DNA from: Alphaproteobacteria bacterium
Lineage (GTDB): Bacteria; Pseudomonadota; Alphaproteobacteria; UBA2966
Length of the DNA: 64,000 nucleotides
Direction of reading: 5' to 3'
NCBI GenBank assembly: GCA_964291395.2
Contig: OZ219856.1
Span: forward strand, 2,304,001-2,368,000
Positions 1-10,075 of this stretch are shown here, piece by piece. The notes under the pieces were generated by a model. It saw nothing but the letters and a program-made list of their open reading frames with translations. It was not told the DNA's origin and ran no database searches. Position numbers and translations under genes: made by a program. Numbering within the stretch: the stretch's first letter is position 1; the number at the start of each line of letters is the position of its first letter.

Positions 1-2
1 GC

Positions 3-614
3 ACCCGCCTGACGCCCGGCGTCATCAATGAGGGCGGCATCGCCGTCAACAAGACGGGGCGGAGGTTCGTCAACGAGGAGCAGGACTACTCGCAACTCGC
101 CGCCGTCTATCGGGCTCAGCCGGACGGCTTCGCGATCTTCATCTGGGACGAGCGCATCCAGCGCATGACGGAGAACATGCACGTCATGAAGGAATCCATG
201 CGCAAGGGCGGCATCGAGGTCTGCGACAGCGTCGCGAAGATCGCCGGACGGTTCGACCTGCCGACCGAGGTTCTCGAAGCCACCGTCGAGTCCTACAACG
301 ATGGCGTGCGGGCGGGTCGGGACGCCTGGGACAGAAGGAAGCTCGCGGAACCCCTTTCCCCTCCCTACTATGCCTCACGCGTGACGGGCGCCATGGGACA
401 TACCCAAGGGGGGCTCAAAGTGGATACATCGTGCCGCGTCCTGCGCCCGGACGGATCGACGGTTCCCAACCTGTACGCCGGCGGCAACACGATGGTCGGC
501 CTTTCCGGCGACACCGCCGGCGGCTATACGTCGGGAAACGGCCTGCTGGTCGCCTATACGTCGGGCATGATCATCGGCCGGGACGCCGTGGCGGCCATCA
601 AGGCCGGTTTCTGA
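3..614 (+). CDS. FAD-dependent oxidoreductase (flavocytochrome c / FAD_binding_2 family), 5'-truncated by window edge
   Basis: Frame open from position 3 (GIAVNKTGRRFVNE); C-terminal motifs HTQGGLKVD, PNLYAGG, GYTSGNGL typical of FAD_binding_2 flavoproteins. Confidence 0.8.
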   Translation, partial: TRLTPGVINEGGIAVNKTGRRFVNEEQDYSQLAAVYRAQPDGFAIFIWDERIQRMTENMHVMKESMRKGGIEVCDSVAKIAGRFDLPTEVLEATVESYNDGVRAGRDAWDRRKLAEPLSPPYYASRVTGAMGHTQGGLKVDTSCRVLRPDGSTVPNLYAGGNTMVGLSGDTAGGYTSGNGLLVAYTSGMIIGRDAVAAIKAGF

Positions 615-628
615 GAAAGGAAGCTGAA

Positions 629-1231
629 ATGGCGGAACGCAAGCGGAACGTCGGAATCGTCGTCTTCGATCAGGTGGAGGTCCTCGACTTCGCAGGACCC
701 TACGAAGTGTTCTCCGTGACCGGCGAAGTCATCGACCCGGACTCCTTCGATGTCTACATGGTCGCCGAGTCTGCGGACCCCGTCACCGGTCGCAACGGAT
801 TCACGGTGATTCCGCACCACACGTTCGCCGATTGCCCCGAGCCCGACGTTTTGATCGTTCCAGGCGGACCCGGAACCCGGGTGGAAGAGAAAAGGCCGGA
901 GATGCTCGACTGGGTGTCCGAGAAAGCCGGGCCCGCCGAACTGGTGCTGTCCGTCTGCACGGGCGCACGGATTCTCGCCAAGGCAGGCCTCCTCGACGGG
1001 CTCGAGGCCACGACCCACTGGGTATCGATCGACGAGCTCAGGGAGATGGCGCCGACGGCCAAGGTCCATGACGACCGTCGGTTCGTCGATAACGGCAAGG
1101 TCGTGACGTCGGCAGGGGTGTCCGCGGGCATCGACATGTCCTTGCATGTCGTCGCCCGCCTCTGCGGCGAGAAAGCGGCCGCCGGGACAGCCCGCTTCAT
1201 GGAGTACGACGGCTACAGGCGCGAAGACTGA
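629..1231 (+). CDS. DJ-1/PfpI family protein (isonitrile hydratase-like)
   Basis: ATG at 629 after AAAGGAAG; EVLDFAGPYEVF, VPGG, nucleophile SVCTGA, ATTHW, TSAGVSAGID. Confidence 0.9.
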   Translation: MAERKRNVGIVVFDQVEVLDFAGPYEVFSVTGEVIDPDSFDVYMVAESADPVTGRNGFTVIPHHTFADCPEPDVLIVPGGPGTRVEEKRPEMLDWVSEKAGPAELVLSVCTGARILAKAGLLDGLEATTHWVSIDELREMAPTAKVHDDRRFVDNGKVVTSAGVSAGIDMSLHVVARLCGEKAAAGTARFMEYDGYRRED

Positions 1232-1354
1232 ACCGGAAGGCAGGCGGAGAAACGCGGTTCGGTTACTCCTTCGTTCCGGGAGGCCCGCACTCCCTGCCTC
1301 CTGCTGGTTCGCCTGGCGCACCGGATCTGCGGGTCCGCGCCCCGGACTTTCTTG

Positions 1355-1933
1355 TCACAGCGGCTTGCCGACCTTGCCATCCAGATATTCCAGCGCCATC
1401 CGCGCCGGCGCGTAGTCCGGGTCGTGCCGCAAGGCCTGCTCGAAGGAGCGCCGCGCCGCGTCCAGGTTCCCCTGCATGAGGAGCACGCGACCGAGATTGA
1501 AATGCGCGAACTGGTAGCAACAGTATCGCTTGGCCGAGATCGCCTTCTCGAGCCACGGAATCGCCTCGTCCGGACGGTCGAGGGCGATCAGGTACACCCC
1601 TATGTCGTTGTAGGGATTGCCGTAGTCCGGATCGAGCGCGATGGCTTTCTTGCACTCGGCAAGAGCTTCTTCGATATGCCCCAGCTTGCTGAGCGACCAA
1701 CCCAGAAAGGTATGCCCCTCGGCCGTCGGCAGAACGGCGATGGACTCGCGGAACATGTCGACCGCGGCCCGGTATCGGCCACCGAGGTGCAGCAGGTAAC
1801 CCTGCTGCCAAAGGACGTAGGCACGCGCCTCGTCGGGAACTTCCGAAGGCTCGCCCGACCGTCCGTGAGCCGCCGGCGCCAGCAGCAGCATCGCCGCGAA
1901 CAGCGCGAATACCCAAGGGCGGGATCGGGCCAT
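1355..1933 (-). CDS. Exported tetratricopeptide-repeat protein
   Basis: Signal-like N-terminus (FALFAAMLLLAPAAHG) followed by TPR helices (AEGHTFLGWSL, DPDYGNPYNDIG, AHFNLGRVL). Confidence 0.8.
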   Translation of the reverse strand: MARSRPWVFALFAAMLLLAPAAHGRSGEPSEVPDEARAYVLWQQGYLLHLGGRYRAAVDMFRESIAVLPTAEGHTFLGWSLSKLGHIEEALAECKKAIALDPDYGNPYNDIGVYLIALDRPDEAIPWLEKAISAKRYCCYQFAHFNLGRVLLMQGNLDAARRSFEQALRHDPDYAPARMALEYLDGKVGKPL

Positions 1934-1941
1934 CGATCGAC

Positions 1942-2766
1942 CTACGGCGGATCCCACGCCGGCCCGAGCGCGAAGTCCGCCAGACGGTCGTTCCGCTGTG
2001 TCAGAGACGAAACACGGGTCATTTCTTCCGCGGAAAGCTCGAAATCGAATACGTCGAAATTTTCCCGGCAATGAACCTCGCGTCCCGCCTTGGGAATTGC
2101 GGCCACCTGCCCGTGTTGGATCAGCCAGCGCAATGCGACCTGCGCGGCGGTCTTGCCGTGGCGTTCGGCGATCTCGATCAGGTCGGGGTGCCGCGCGGCT
2201 TTCCCTTTCGCGAGCGGCATGTAGGCGGTGAGCATCATGCCGTAGTCGCGCACCAGCCGGAGGACCCGGTTCTGCGGCAGGAAAGGATGGTATTCGACCT
2301 GGTTGCAGGCGATGTCGGCGCCACAATCCTCCACGGCCTGCTTCATCAAGGCCGTGTTGAAATTGCTGACCCCGATGAGGCGTGCCTTGCCGGCGGCCTT
2401 GATCTCGCCGAAGGCCCTCAAGGTCTCGGTCAGCGGGATGGTCTTGCTCGGCCAGTGGATGAGCAGCAGATCCACGTAGTCGGTATCCAGATTTCGCAGG
2501 CTGTCTTCCGTGCAGCGCTTGACGTCCGCATACGCAAGGTCGTCCGGCCAGATCTTCGTCGTGATGAAAACGTCTTCCCGGCCGACACGGGAATCCCGGA
2601 CGGCGCGACCCACCTCGGTTTCATTGTCATACATGCGGGCCGTGTCGACATGACGGTAGCCGACGTCGAGCGCCATGCGTACCGCCTCGGCGCATTGACG
2701 GCCGCGCAGCGCCCAGGTGCCGAACCCCACCGCGGGAACCCGACCCCCTTTCACGTCAATATGCAT
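1942..2766 (-). CDS. Aldo/keto reductase (2,5-diketo-D-gluconate reductase-like)
   Basis: GFGTW, GYRHVDTARMY, FITTK, DLLLIHWP, IGVSNF, NQVEYHP motifs; start ATG at 2766. Confidence 0.92.
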   Translation of the reverse strand: MHIDVKGGRVPAVGFGTWALRGRQCAEAVRMALDVGYRHVDTARMYDNETEVGRAVRDSRVGREDVFITTKIWPDDLAYADVKRCTEDSLRNLDTDYVDLLLIHWPSKTIPLTETLRAFGEIKAAGKARLIGVSNFNTALMKQAVEDCGADIACNQVEYHPFLPQNRVLRLVRDYGMMLTAYMPLAKGKAARHPDLIEIAERHGKTAAQVALRWLIQHGQVAAIPKAGREVHCRENFDVFDFELSAEEMTRVSSLTQRNDRLADFALGPAWDPP

Positions 2767-2814
2767 CGTCGGCGGTTGCCTTCCAGCGGAAAAGAGTGCT
2801 GATACGTCTCCAGC

Positions 2815-3609
2815 ATGATGGAGGATGCCATGACCTTTGCACCACCCCCCCGTTCGGAAAAACCGCGCAGCGCCGGGATCACCGCGATGATCGATTTCGG
2901 TCCCGATGAGATGGGATGGACCGGCGAGAACGGCCTGCGGGACCTCATGGCCTGCGCCGCCCCCTTCATCGACATGGCCAAGATCTACGCCCTCAACGCG
3001 ATCCTCATGCCGGAAGACGCGGTCAAGGCCAACGTCGCCATCTACCGCGACAACGATGTCACGCCCTACACGGGCGGCGTTCTGTTCGAATATGCCTACC
3101 TGAGGGGCGAGGTCGACGACATGCTGGACCATGTCGAGCGTCTCGGCGTTCCTTCGCTCGAGATCTCGGAAAACTATGTAACTCTCGAACCGAATGCCCG
3201 GCACGACTTCATCGCGCGCGCCGCCGGGCGCGGCTTTGCGGTGATCTGGGAATTCGGCCGCAAAAATCCCGAAGAGCCCTTCGATCTGGACGAGGTCGGC
3301 GCGATGGTCCGGGGGGCCATGGATGCAGGCGCCCGTCACGTCATCCTGGAGCAGAGCGAACTCGACGTGCTCGAAGACGTATCGCCGGACGACTTCGCGA
3401 AACTTTCCGGTCAATCCTGGTTTCCCGACGCCCTGATCGAGGGCGATCCGTACCGGTTTCCCCGGCAGCACGGCGAGATCATCAGGCAGTTCGGCCCGGA
3501 AGTGAATTTCGCCAATATCGCGGCGGGTCAGTGCTATCGCCTCGAGGGATTGCGCCGCGGCATCGGCCGCGCCGTCGACTACGCCTTGTTCCGGGACTAC
3601 GGGTTGTGA
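2815..3609 (+). CDS. Phosphosulfolactate synthase (ComA) family protein, divergent
   Basis: KPRSAGITAMID, TPYTGGVLFEYA, LEISENY, EFGRK, FGPEVNFANI, LEGLRRG resemble ComA. Confidence 0.75.
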   Translation: MMEDAMTFAPPPRSEKPRSAGITAMIDFGPDEMGWTGENGLRDLMACAAPFIDMAKIYALNAILMPEDAVKANVAIYRDNDVTPYTGGVLFEYAYLRGEVDDMLDHVERLGVPSLEISENYVTLEPNARHDFIARAAGRGFAVIWEFGRKNPEEPFDLDEVGAMVRGAMDAGARHVILEQSELDVLEDVSPDDFAKLSGQSWFPDALIEGDPYRFPRQHGEIIRQFGPEVNFANIAAGQCYRLEGLRRGIGRAVDYALFRDYGL

Positions 3610-3618
3610 CCGGGGCGG

Positions 3619-5280
3619 CTACGCCCCATAGGCCTCGCGGGCCTGGGTCTCCGAGACCAACCCTTCCTTCAGGTCGTTTTCGACGGCGGCGCGGTCGCGG
3701 GCGGTCGGATCTCCAAAGCCGCCGCCGCCCGGATATCGCAGGGTCAACCTGTCCCCGGGAGCGAGCGATATCTCCCGGTGCCCGGTAAAGGGCGCGTCGT
3801 CGTTGACGCGAACGTGCCCGTTCGCTCCTGCGCGGCCGCCGAGCAGGCCGGGCGCTCCGGCATCGTAGCGGCCGCCGATGATCGTCCCCGCGATGGGGTG
3901 AACGCCGCCGTTTCGCAGGACGACCTCCTGTCCCAGTCCGCCCCGGAACCGGCCGGGCCCACCGGAGTCCGCCACGAGAAACTTCTCGTCGCACACGAGA
4001 GGAGATTCGATCTCGAGGAGTTCCACCGGCGTATTCGAGAGATTGGCCGGATAAACCGTGGTCGTCGCCCCGTCCCGGTCGTGGCCCGCGCCCTGCCCGC
4101 CGGCGGCGTTGAAATGCTGAACGAACGGCGCCCCGTCATCCATCTTGCCCGCGAATATCGAGAGCCACAGGGGATAGGTTCCGCAAGGCGCGATGACCTT
4201 GTCCGGCAGCTTCCGCGAAAGCGCCACGAAGACGGCTTCGGCGATGTGATAGACGATGTCGGTGCGCCACATGCACGGCGCCGGGTAGACGGCGTTCAGG
4301 ATCGTGCCCTCCGGTGCCGTGACGGTGAACGGCCGGTAGCACCCGACGTTGTTGGGAATGTGCGGGTGCAGCGCGCACTTCACGCCGAACACCACGTACG
4401 CGTACGTGATGTTGTAGACCGCATTGACGGGCAGATCGACCTGCGGGGAGGAGCCGGTGAAATCGGCATGAATGCGGTCGCCGGAAATCTCGAGTTCGAG
4501 ACGGATGCGCAGCGGATTGCCCGAACGGTCCGTGATGCCGAGATCGAGATCGTGGGCGTACACGCCGTCGGGCACTTCGGCGATCGCCGACCGCATGCTC
4601 GTCTCGCTGTGCGCCATGATCTGGGACGACAGTCCGGTCAGCGACTGCAGTCCCCGCTCCCGCATCGTCTCGCCCAGTCGCCGGCCGCCGACGTGATTGC
4701 ACGCCACTTGAGCCCGCAGGTCGCCGACCACCTTGTCCGGCATCCGTACGTTGCGCTCGACGATGTTGAAGAGATCCCGGTTGGGCTCGCCCGCGACGAA
4801 GAGCTTGGAGATCGGGATGATCAGCCCTTCCTCATAGACTTCGCGCGTATCCGGCGAGGCCAGGCGCCCCCCGATGTCCACGTGGTGCGCCGAACTGGCG
4901 GCGAAGCCGATCAGCTGCCCATCCAGGAACGCCGGCGACGCGACGAAAACGTCCGGCGTGTGCCCCGAGCCGAACCAGGGGTCGTTGGTGATCAATACGT
5001 CGCCGGGGGACAGCGAGTCCGCCGGATGCACCTCGAGGAACTGGTGCATCACCCGGGTCATGGCGCCGATCTGGCCGGGCGTGCAGTGCGTCGCCTCGGC
5101 CATCATCTCGCCGTCGGCGTCGTAGACGGCGCAGGCGTAGTCGTGATTGTCCCGCACGACATGGGAAAACGCCGTCTTTTCCAGCGCGACCGCCATTTCG
5201 TCGGCAACGGCGATCAGGCGCGACCACAGCACCTGGAACGTGATCGGATCGATGTTGGGAATGGGTTTTCGAGACGTCAT
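3619..5280 (-). CDS. Hydantoinase B/oxoprolinase family protein
   Basis: DPITFQV, NDPWFGSGHTPD, HHVDIGG, GDLRAQ, NTPVE, DSGGPGRFRGG, PGGGGFGDP. Confidence 0.93.
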   Translation of the reverse strand: MTSRKPIPNIDPITFQVLWSRLIAVADEMAVALEKTAFSHVVRDNHDYACAVYDADGEMMAEATHCTPGQIGAMTRVMHQFLEVHPADSLSPGDVLITNDPWFGSGHTPDVFVASPAFLDGQLIGFAASSAHHVDIGGRLASPDTREVYEEGLIIPISKLFVAGEPNRDLFNIVERNVRMPDKVVGDLRAQVACNHVGGRRLGETMRERGLQSLTGLSSQIMAHSETSMRSAIAEVPDGVYAHDLDLGITDRSGNPLRIRLELEISGDRIHADFTGSSPQVDLPVNAVYNITYAYVVFGVKCALHPHIPNNVGCYRPFTVTAPEGTILNAVYPAPCMWRTDIVYHIAEAVFVALSRKLPDKVIAPCGTYPLWLSIFAGKMDDGAPFVQHFNAAGGQGAGHDRDGATTTVYPANLSNTPVELLEIESPLVCDEKFLVADSGGPGRFRGGLGQEVVLRNGGVHPIAGTIIGGRYDAGAPGLLGGRAGANGHVRVNDDAPFTGHREISLAPGDRLTLRYPGGGGFGDPTARDRAAVENDLKEGLVSETQAREAYGA

Positions 5281-5284
5281 GACA

Positions 5285-7363
5285 TCACCTCACCGTCACC
5301 ATGATCCACCCGCCGGCATCCGTCACGGCGCCGGCGCCCGGACCGATGACCAGAGTCGAATCGGGCGCTTCCACGATCGCCGGCCCTTCGAACCCGGCAT
5401 CGGGCCCCAGAAGGTCCAGGCGGTACACGTCATGCTCCACAAACGCAGCCTCCTGCGGCGCATAGGCCGGCCGGGTTCCCGTGCGCGCGGCCCGTGCCTC
5501 CCCCCGCCTGCCCGCGAATTTGAGGTCCAGCGACGGCTGCTCGCTCGCGGCGCTGACGATCACCCGCAGCGTCCTCAGTTGCGGCTCCAGATCGTCGTAG
5601 GCATAGCCGTAACGCGCCCTGTATTCCTCGGCGAAGCGTCCGGCGATGCCGTCGAACGGCACGCGGTCTCCCGGCCCGCCGCCGATGTCGAAACGGATGT
5701 TGGAGCCCTGGCCCCGGTAGCACATGTCGAGCGCGCGGGAACAGACGACCGCCGCGCCTTCCCGTGCCGCCCCGACGACGGCCATGCCCTCCGCTTCCAG
5801 TTCGCGGAACATGTCTTCGAGGACGCCCTCGGTCATCGACTCGAGCGGCGCGACGTGGGTCCGCGACACCTCGTAGGAGATCGGCGCGACGACGAACCCG
5901 AGCGCCGAGAACACGCCGGCGCCGACCGGGACGAGCACGCTCGAGATTCCGAGCTTTCGCGCGACTTCCACGGCGTGCACCGGCCCCGCGCCGCCGAACG
6001 CGACCATCGTCGCGGCGCCGGCGTCGCCGCCGTGTTCCGCGATGTGGTAACGCGCGGCGCCGGCCATGTTCTCGTTGACGACCTCGTGGATTCCCCAGGC
6101 GGCCTGCTCGATCGCGAGGTTGAGCGGTTCGGCGACCGCCCGCCGGATGCCCTCCGCCGCCTCGCGCCGGCGCAACCCCATCTCTCCGCCGAGGAAGAAA
6201 CCGGGGTTGAGGTATCCGAGCACGAGGTCGGCGTCGGTGACGGTCGGCCGGTCTCCGCCCAGTCCGTAGCAGATGGGACCCGGATCGGCGCCGGCGCTCT
6301 GCGGGCCGACCCGCACCAGCGCCATGTCGTCGATCCGGGCGATGCTTCCGCCGCCCGCCCCGATCTCGATGACGTTGACGGTCGGCGCGGCAATGGGCGT
6401 TCCGCTGCCCTTCTTGAACCTGTGGACCCGGTCCACCTCGAACTCGGTCGTGATCGGCAACCGTCCCTGCCGGATATGGCAGGCCTTGGCCGTCGTCCCC
6501 CCCATGTCGAAGGACAGCAGTTCCGGCAGATCGGCGCGCTCGCCGATGTGCGCCGCGGCCAAGGCCCCGCCCACGGGACCCGACTCCACCAGCCGCACCG
6601 GATACCGTCCGGCCGTCTCGGCCGAAATCACGCCGCCCCCGGACAGCATCAGGTAGAGCCCGCGTTCGAACGAACGGTTCTTCAGCCGATCGTCGAGGCG
6701 GCGCAGGTATCGTCCGACCAGGGGCTTGACGAACGCGTTGACCACCGTGGTGCTGGTACGGGGGTACTCCTGGATCTCCGGCAGGACGTCCGACGAGAGC
6801 GACAGCGTCATGTCGGGACAGTGACGGGCGGCGAGATCGGCGAACGCGCGCTCGTTGGCGGGATTTGCATAGGAATGAAGAAAGCACACGGCGAGCGACT
6901 CGATTTGCCGCTCGACGAGGGCGTCGAGCACCCGCCGCCCCTCGTCCGCGTCGAGCGGCTGCGCGACCCTGCCGTCGGCGTATACGCGCTCCGTCACTTC
7001 GAAACACAGGTCCCGCGGCACCAGGGCGACCGGATACCGCGCGGTGATGTCGTAGGTGTCGTAGCGGGCTTCCCGCCGCATCGCCAGGACGTCCCGAAAT
7101 CCCCGGGTGGTCACGAGCGCGGTCCGGGCGCCCGTTCGTTCGATCAGGGCGTTGATGACGAGGGTGGTGCCGTGGATGACGTGCTCGGTCGCGCCGAGAA
7201 AGGCGGGACGCCGCCCGTCGATCGCGGCGATGCCCCGGTCCACCGCCTCGGACGGATCGGACGGCGTGGTGAGGACCTTGGAAAATTCCAGGTCGCCGGT
7301 TTCGCCGTCGAGCAGCACGAAATCGGTAAACGTTCCGCCGATATCACAGCCCAGTCTGAACAT
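5285..7363 (-). CDS. Hydantoinase A/oxoprolinase family protein (ATP-binding subunit)
   Basis: DIGGTFTD, HGTT, ESGP, DMGGTT, IGAGGGS, GPQSAGADPGP, FGGAGP. Confidence 0.93.
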   Translation of the reverse strand: MFRLGCDIGGTFTDFVLLDGETGDLEFSKVLTTPSDPSEAVDRGIAAIDGRRPAFLGATEHVIHGTTLVINALIERTGARTALVTTRGFRDVLAMRREARYDTYDITARYPVALVPRDLCFEVTERVYADGRVAQPLDADEGRRVLDALVERQIESLAVCFLHSYANPANERAFADLAARHCPDMTLSLSSDVLPEIQEYPRTSTTVVNAFVKPLVGRYLRRLDDRLKNRSFERGLYLMLSGGGVISAETAGRYPVRLVESGPVGGALAAAHIGERADLPELLSFDMGGTTAKACHIRQGRLPITTEFEVDRVHRFKKGSGTPIAAPTVNVIEIGAGGGSIARIDDMALVRVGPQSAGADPGPICYGLGGDRPTVTDADLVLGYLNPGFFLGGEMGLRRREAAEGIRRAVAEPLNLAIEQAAWGIHEVVNENMAGAARYHIAEHGGDAGAATMVAFGGAGPVHAVEVARKLGISSVLVPVGAGVFSALGFVVAPISYEVSRTHVAPLESMTEGVLEDMFRELEAEGMAVVGAAREGAAVVCSRALDMCYRGQGSNIRFDIGGGPGDRVPFDGIAGRFAEEYRARYGYAYDDLEPQLRTLRVIVSAASEQPSLDLKFAGRRGEARAARTGTRPAYAPQEAAFVEHDVYRLDLLGPDAGFEGPAIVEAPDSTLVIGPGAGAVTDAGGWIMVTVR

Positions 7364-7517
7364 CGGTCGCGCCCGATCCTCCCGCGATGCCCTGCCTCGC
7401 CACACCTTCTCGTATTCGCACCGGTCGGTTCAAGCCGTCGCGGACGTGATAAGCTTTCCGGGCAGCCCGGCACGGCCGCGGGCATCAGGCGCTCCAGGAC
7501 AGGAGGGAGGCGGCGTC

Positions 7518-8891
7518 ATGGACGGAACCGGTCAGGTCAGGCCGCCGGAAGGCCGTTTCGACGGGTACGAAACATCATCGCGCCCGCCGGAGGACGCGGT
7601 TCTGACCCGCGTCGGACCCGGCACGCCCTGCGGCGAGTACTGGCGCCGGTTCTGGTTTCCGGTCGCCATGACCCGGGAGGTGACGGACGTGCCCCTGCGG
7701 ATCCGCATCCTGGGCGAGGACCTGGTCCTGTTCCGGGACGGCTCGGGTCGCTACGGCCTGCTCCAGCTGCATTGCAGCCACCGCAACACCTCCCTGGAAT
7801 TCGGCCTCGTCGAGGAGCGCGGGATCAGCTGCTGTTACCACGGCTGGCACTACGACATCGACGGCACGATCCTGGCGACGCCGGGCGACGCGGACAGCGG
7901 GGTCAAGGACCGGGTGCGTCACGGGGCCTATCCGGTCATCGAATACAAGGGCCTGATCTTCGCCTACATGGGACCGCCGGCCGAGATGCCGCGGTTCCCC
8001 GTGTTCGACTCCTTCGAACTTCCCGACGTCGAGATGGCGCCCTACTCGATCGCCATGCCGTGCAACTGGCTCCAGGTGGCCGAGAACACGATGGATCCCA
8101 TGCACGCGGCGTTCCTCCACTCCCGCGAACGGGACATGCATTTCGGTTCGACCTGGGGCGAACTGCCGCTGATCGAGTGGTACGACGGCGACTGGAAGAT
8201 GAACCTGACCATGACACGCAGACTGGGGGACATGATCTGGGTCACCATCCAGGAGACCGTCTATCCGGCCAACAGCACGGTCGGATACCTGTGGGAGGAA
8301 GGGACGGAGGAGAAGTATTTCACGCGTGTCGGTTTCAACAAGTGGACGGTGCCCCATGACGACACGAACTGCATGGTGATCGCCTGGCGCCACTTTGGCG
8401 GCATCGACGTCAGGGGTATGGGCAGGCCGGAGCTGGTCGGCAAACAGTCGGTGGATTTCCCCGGACAAACGGGCGCCGAGCCCTACCACGAGCGGCAGCG
8501 CAACCCCAACGACTTCGAGGCGCAGGTCGGACAGGGTCCCATCTCCGTGCACGCGACGGAGCATCTGGTCGCCCACGACCGGGGAGTGGCGTTGTTGCGC
8601 AGGCACATCCGGGAGGGGATCGAGGCGGTGCGGCGGGGCGAGAGCGTTCCCCGCCCGCCGCAGGACGGGTCGCCGCTGTCGTGCTACGCCCAGAACACGG
8701 TGCTGCCGGTCGCGGCCCGGAAAGGCCCGCACGACGACCGGCTGCTGCGGGACGTGGCCAGGGCGGTGTTCGATACGGTGGCCTCGGGCGACGGCCGGAC
8801 CGAACCGGAGCGCACCGAATACATCCGGAATTCGCTGAAGCAACTCCCGAGCGATCCGCGATTCCTGCCGGCGGACACCGCCGCCGAATGA
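7518..8891 (+). CDS. Rieske non-heme iron oxygenase alpha subunit (phthalate 4,5-dioxygenase/LigX-like)
   Basis: SD AGGAGGGAGG; Rieske ligands CSH...CCYHGW; mononuclear iron motif ENTMDPMHAAFLH. Confidence 0.9.
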   Translation: MDGTGQVRPPEGRFDGYETSSRPPEDAVLTRVGPGTPCGEYWRRFWFPVAMTREVTDVPLRIRILGEDLVLFRDGSGRYGLLQLHCSHRNTSLEFGLVEERGISCCYHGWHYDIDGTILATPGDADSGVKDRVRHGAYPVIEYKGLIFAYMGPPAEMPRFPVFDSFELPDVEMAPYSIAMPCNWLQVAENTMDPMHAAFLHSRERDMHFGSTWGELPLIEWYDGDWKMNLTMTRRLGDMIWVTIQETVYPANSTVGYLWEEGTEEKYFTRVGFNKWTVPHDDTNCMVIAWRHFGGIDVRGMGRPELVGKQSVDFPGQTGAEPYHERQRNPNDFEAQVGQGPISVHATEHLVAHDRGVALLRRHIREGIEAVRRGESVPRPPQDGSPLSCYAQNTVLPVAARKGPHDDRLLRDVARAVFDTVASGDGRTEPERTEYIRNSLKQLPSDPRFLPADTAAE

Positions 8892-8907
8892 CTCTCGGAG
8901 AGACGGC

Positions 8908-9843
8908 ATGGCGGAGAGCGACCTGAAGATCGCCGTGATGGGGGCCGGCGCGGTCGGCGGGTACTTCGGCGCCCGTCTGGCCGCCGGCGGGACCGACACC
9001 ACGTTCATCGCCCGGGGCGCCCACCTTCGGGCGATTCGGGAGAACGGCCTGCAGGTCCGGAGCCCCCTCGGTGACGTGACCATCGATCCGGCGAAGGCCA
9101 CGGACGATCCGGGCGAGGTCGGACCCGTCGACATCGTTCTGCTGATGGTGAAGCTCTACGACGTCGCGGCGGCCGCGGAACGGATTCGGCCGATGCTCGG
9201 GCCCGGAACCGGCGTCGTGGCGCTGCAAAACGGCGTCGACGCTCCCGACATTCTCGGGAACGCCATCGGCCGTGAGCACGTCCTGGCCGGATCGGTCTAC
9301 ATTCCGGCCATGATCGAGGAGCCCGGCGTCATCGTGCACGGCGGCGACTTCGCCAAAGCCGTCTTCGGAGAGCTCGACGGCGACAGGAGCGACCGCGCCG
9401 AGGCCTTGCTCCGGGCGTTCCGGGATGCCGGCGTCGACGCCGAGATCACGGACGACGTCGAGTCGACGCTGTGGACGAAATTCGTCCTGCTCTCCGCGGT
9501 CAGCGCCACCAACGCCATCACGCGCGGTCCGACCCGTCCGGTGCTCCAGGACCCCGACATGCGCAGGATGTTCACGGACGCCCTGCGGGAGACCGAGGCG
9601 GTGGCACGGGCACGCGGCGTGACCCTGGATCCCGATATCGTCGCCAGGCAGCTCGGCATGGCCGAGGCGTTTCCGGCGGACGTGAAGGCGTCGCTCCTTC
9701 AGGACCTGGAGGCGGGCAAACGCCTGGAGGTCGAGTACCTGAGCGGCACGGTATCGCGGCTCGGCGCCGAGCACGGCGTGGCGACGCCGGTGCACTCGAC
9801 GATCTACGCGGCGCTGAAGCCGTTCATGAACGGGGGCGGCTGA
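8908..9843 (+). CDS. panE: 2-dehydropantoate 2-reductase (ketopantoate reductase family)
   Basis: GAGAVGGYFG, LQNG, LWTKF, SLLQDLEAGKRLEVEYLSG. Confidence 0.85.
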   Translation: MAESDLKIAVMGAGAVGGYFGARLAAGGTDTTFIARGAHLRAIRENGLQVRSPLGDVTIDPAKATDDPGEVGPVDIVLLMVKLYDVAAAAERIRPMLGPGTGVVALQNGVDAPDILGNAIGREHVLAGSVYIPAMIEEPGVIVHGGDFAKAVFGELDGDRSDRAEALLRAFRDAGVDAEITDDVESTLWTKFVLLSAVSATNAITRGPTRPVLQDPDMRRMFTDALRETEAVARARGVTLDPDIVARQLGMAEAFPADVKASLLQDLEAGKRLEVEYLSGTVSRLGAEHGVATPVHSTIYAALKPFMNGGG

Positions 9844-9902
9844 ACCACCGGCATCCGCGTTCGCCGCGGCTCGCCCGAGGCACCGTCCGTGCGGGGGGTG
9901 AA

Positions 9903-9936
9903 GCGAGACTAGGCGTGACTAGGCGAGACTAGGCGA
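9903..9936 (+). repeat. 10-bp tandem repeat (GCGWGACTAG) x about 3.5
   Basis: gcgagactag gcgtgactag gcgagactag gcga read directly. Confidence 0.85.
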
Positions 9937-9945
9937 ACTGAGAAC

Positions 9946-10044
9946 CGGGAGCAGCAGGACGTCATCGCGGCCGCCGGCGCGGACTCGCCGCTCGAGGTTT
10001 CCGATATCTCGCTCCGGGAAGTGGCCATTCACAGAGGGCGATTA
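9946..10044 (+). pseudogene. Internal fragment of a PIN-domain (VapC) toxin
   Basis: Translates REQQDVIAAAGADSPLEVSDISLREVA, resembling the VapC motif VSxISxWE(V/I)A with W->R; no start codon or C-terminus. Confidence 0.6.
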
Positions 10045-10075
10045 CCGCCTCACTGCAATCGGCGATTGCGGAGCA

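Noticed and set aside
1232-1354. Structured RNA (tRNA-Sec, SRP RNA or glycine riboswitch) in a convergent intergenic hairpin
   Set aside because: An outer GGAAGGCAGG/CCTGCCTCC stem exists, but there is no cloverleaf with UCA anticodon, no SRP helix-8 motif, and the position is wrong for a riboswitch
5147-8359. Very long ORFs such as 5147-8359 (+), 16943-18826 part (+), 27678-30383 (-), 55186-57192 (+) and 58839-60902 (+)
   Set aside because: Antisense or shifted shadows of real high-GC genes; low-complexity R/A/G/P-rich translations without motifs
9903-9936. CRISPR array
   Set aside because: Contiguous 10-bp units, no spacers, no cas genes
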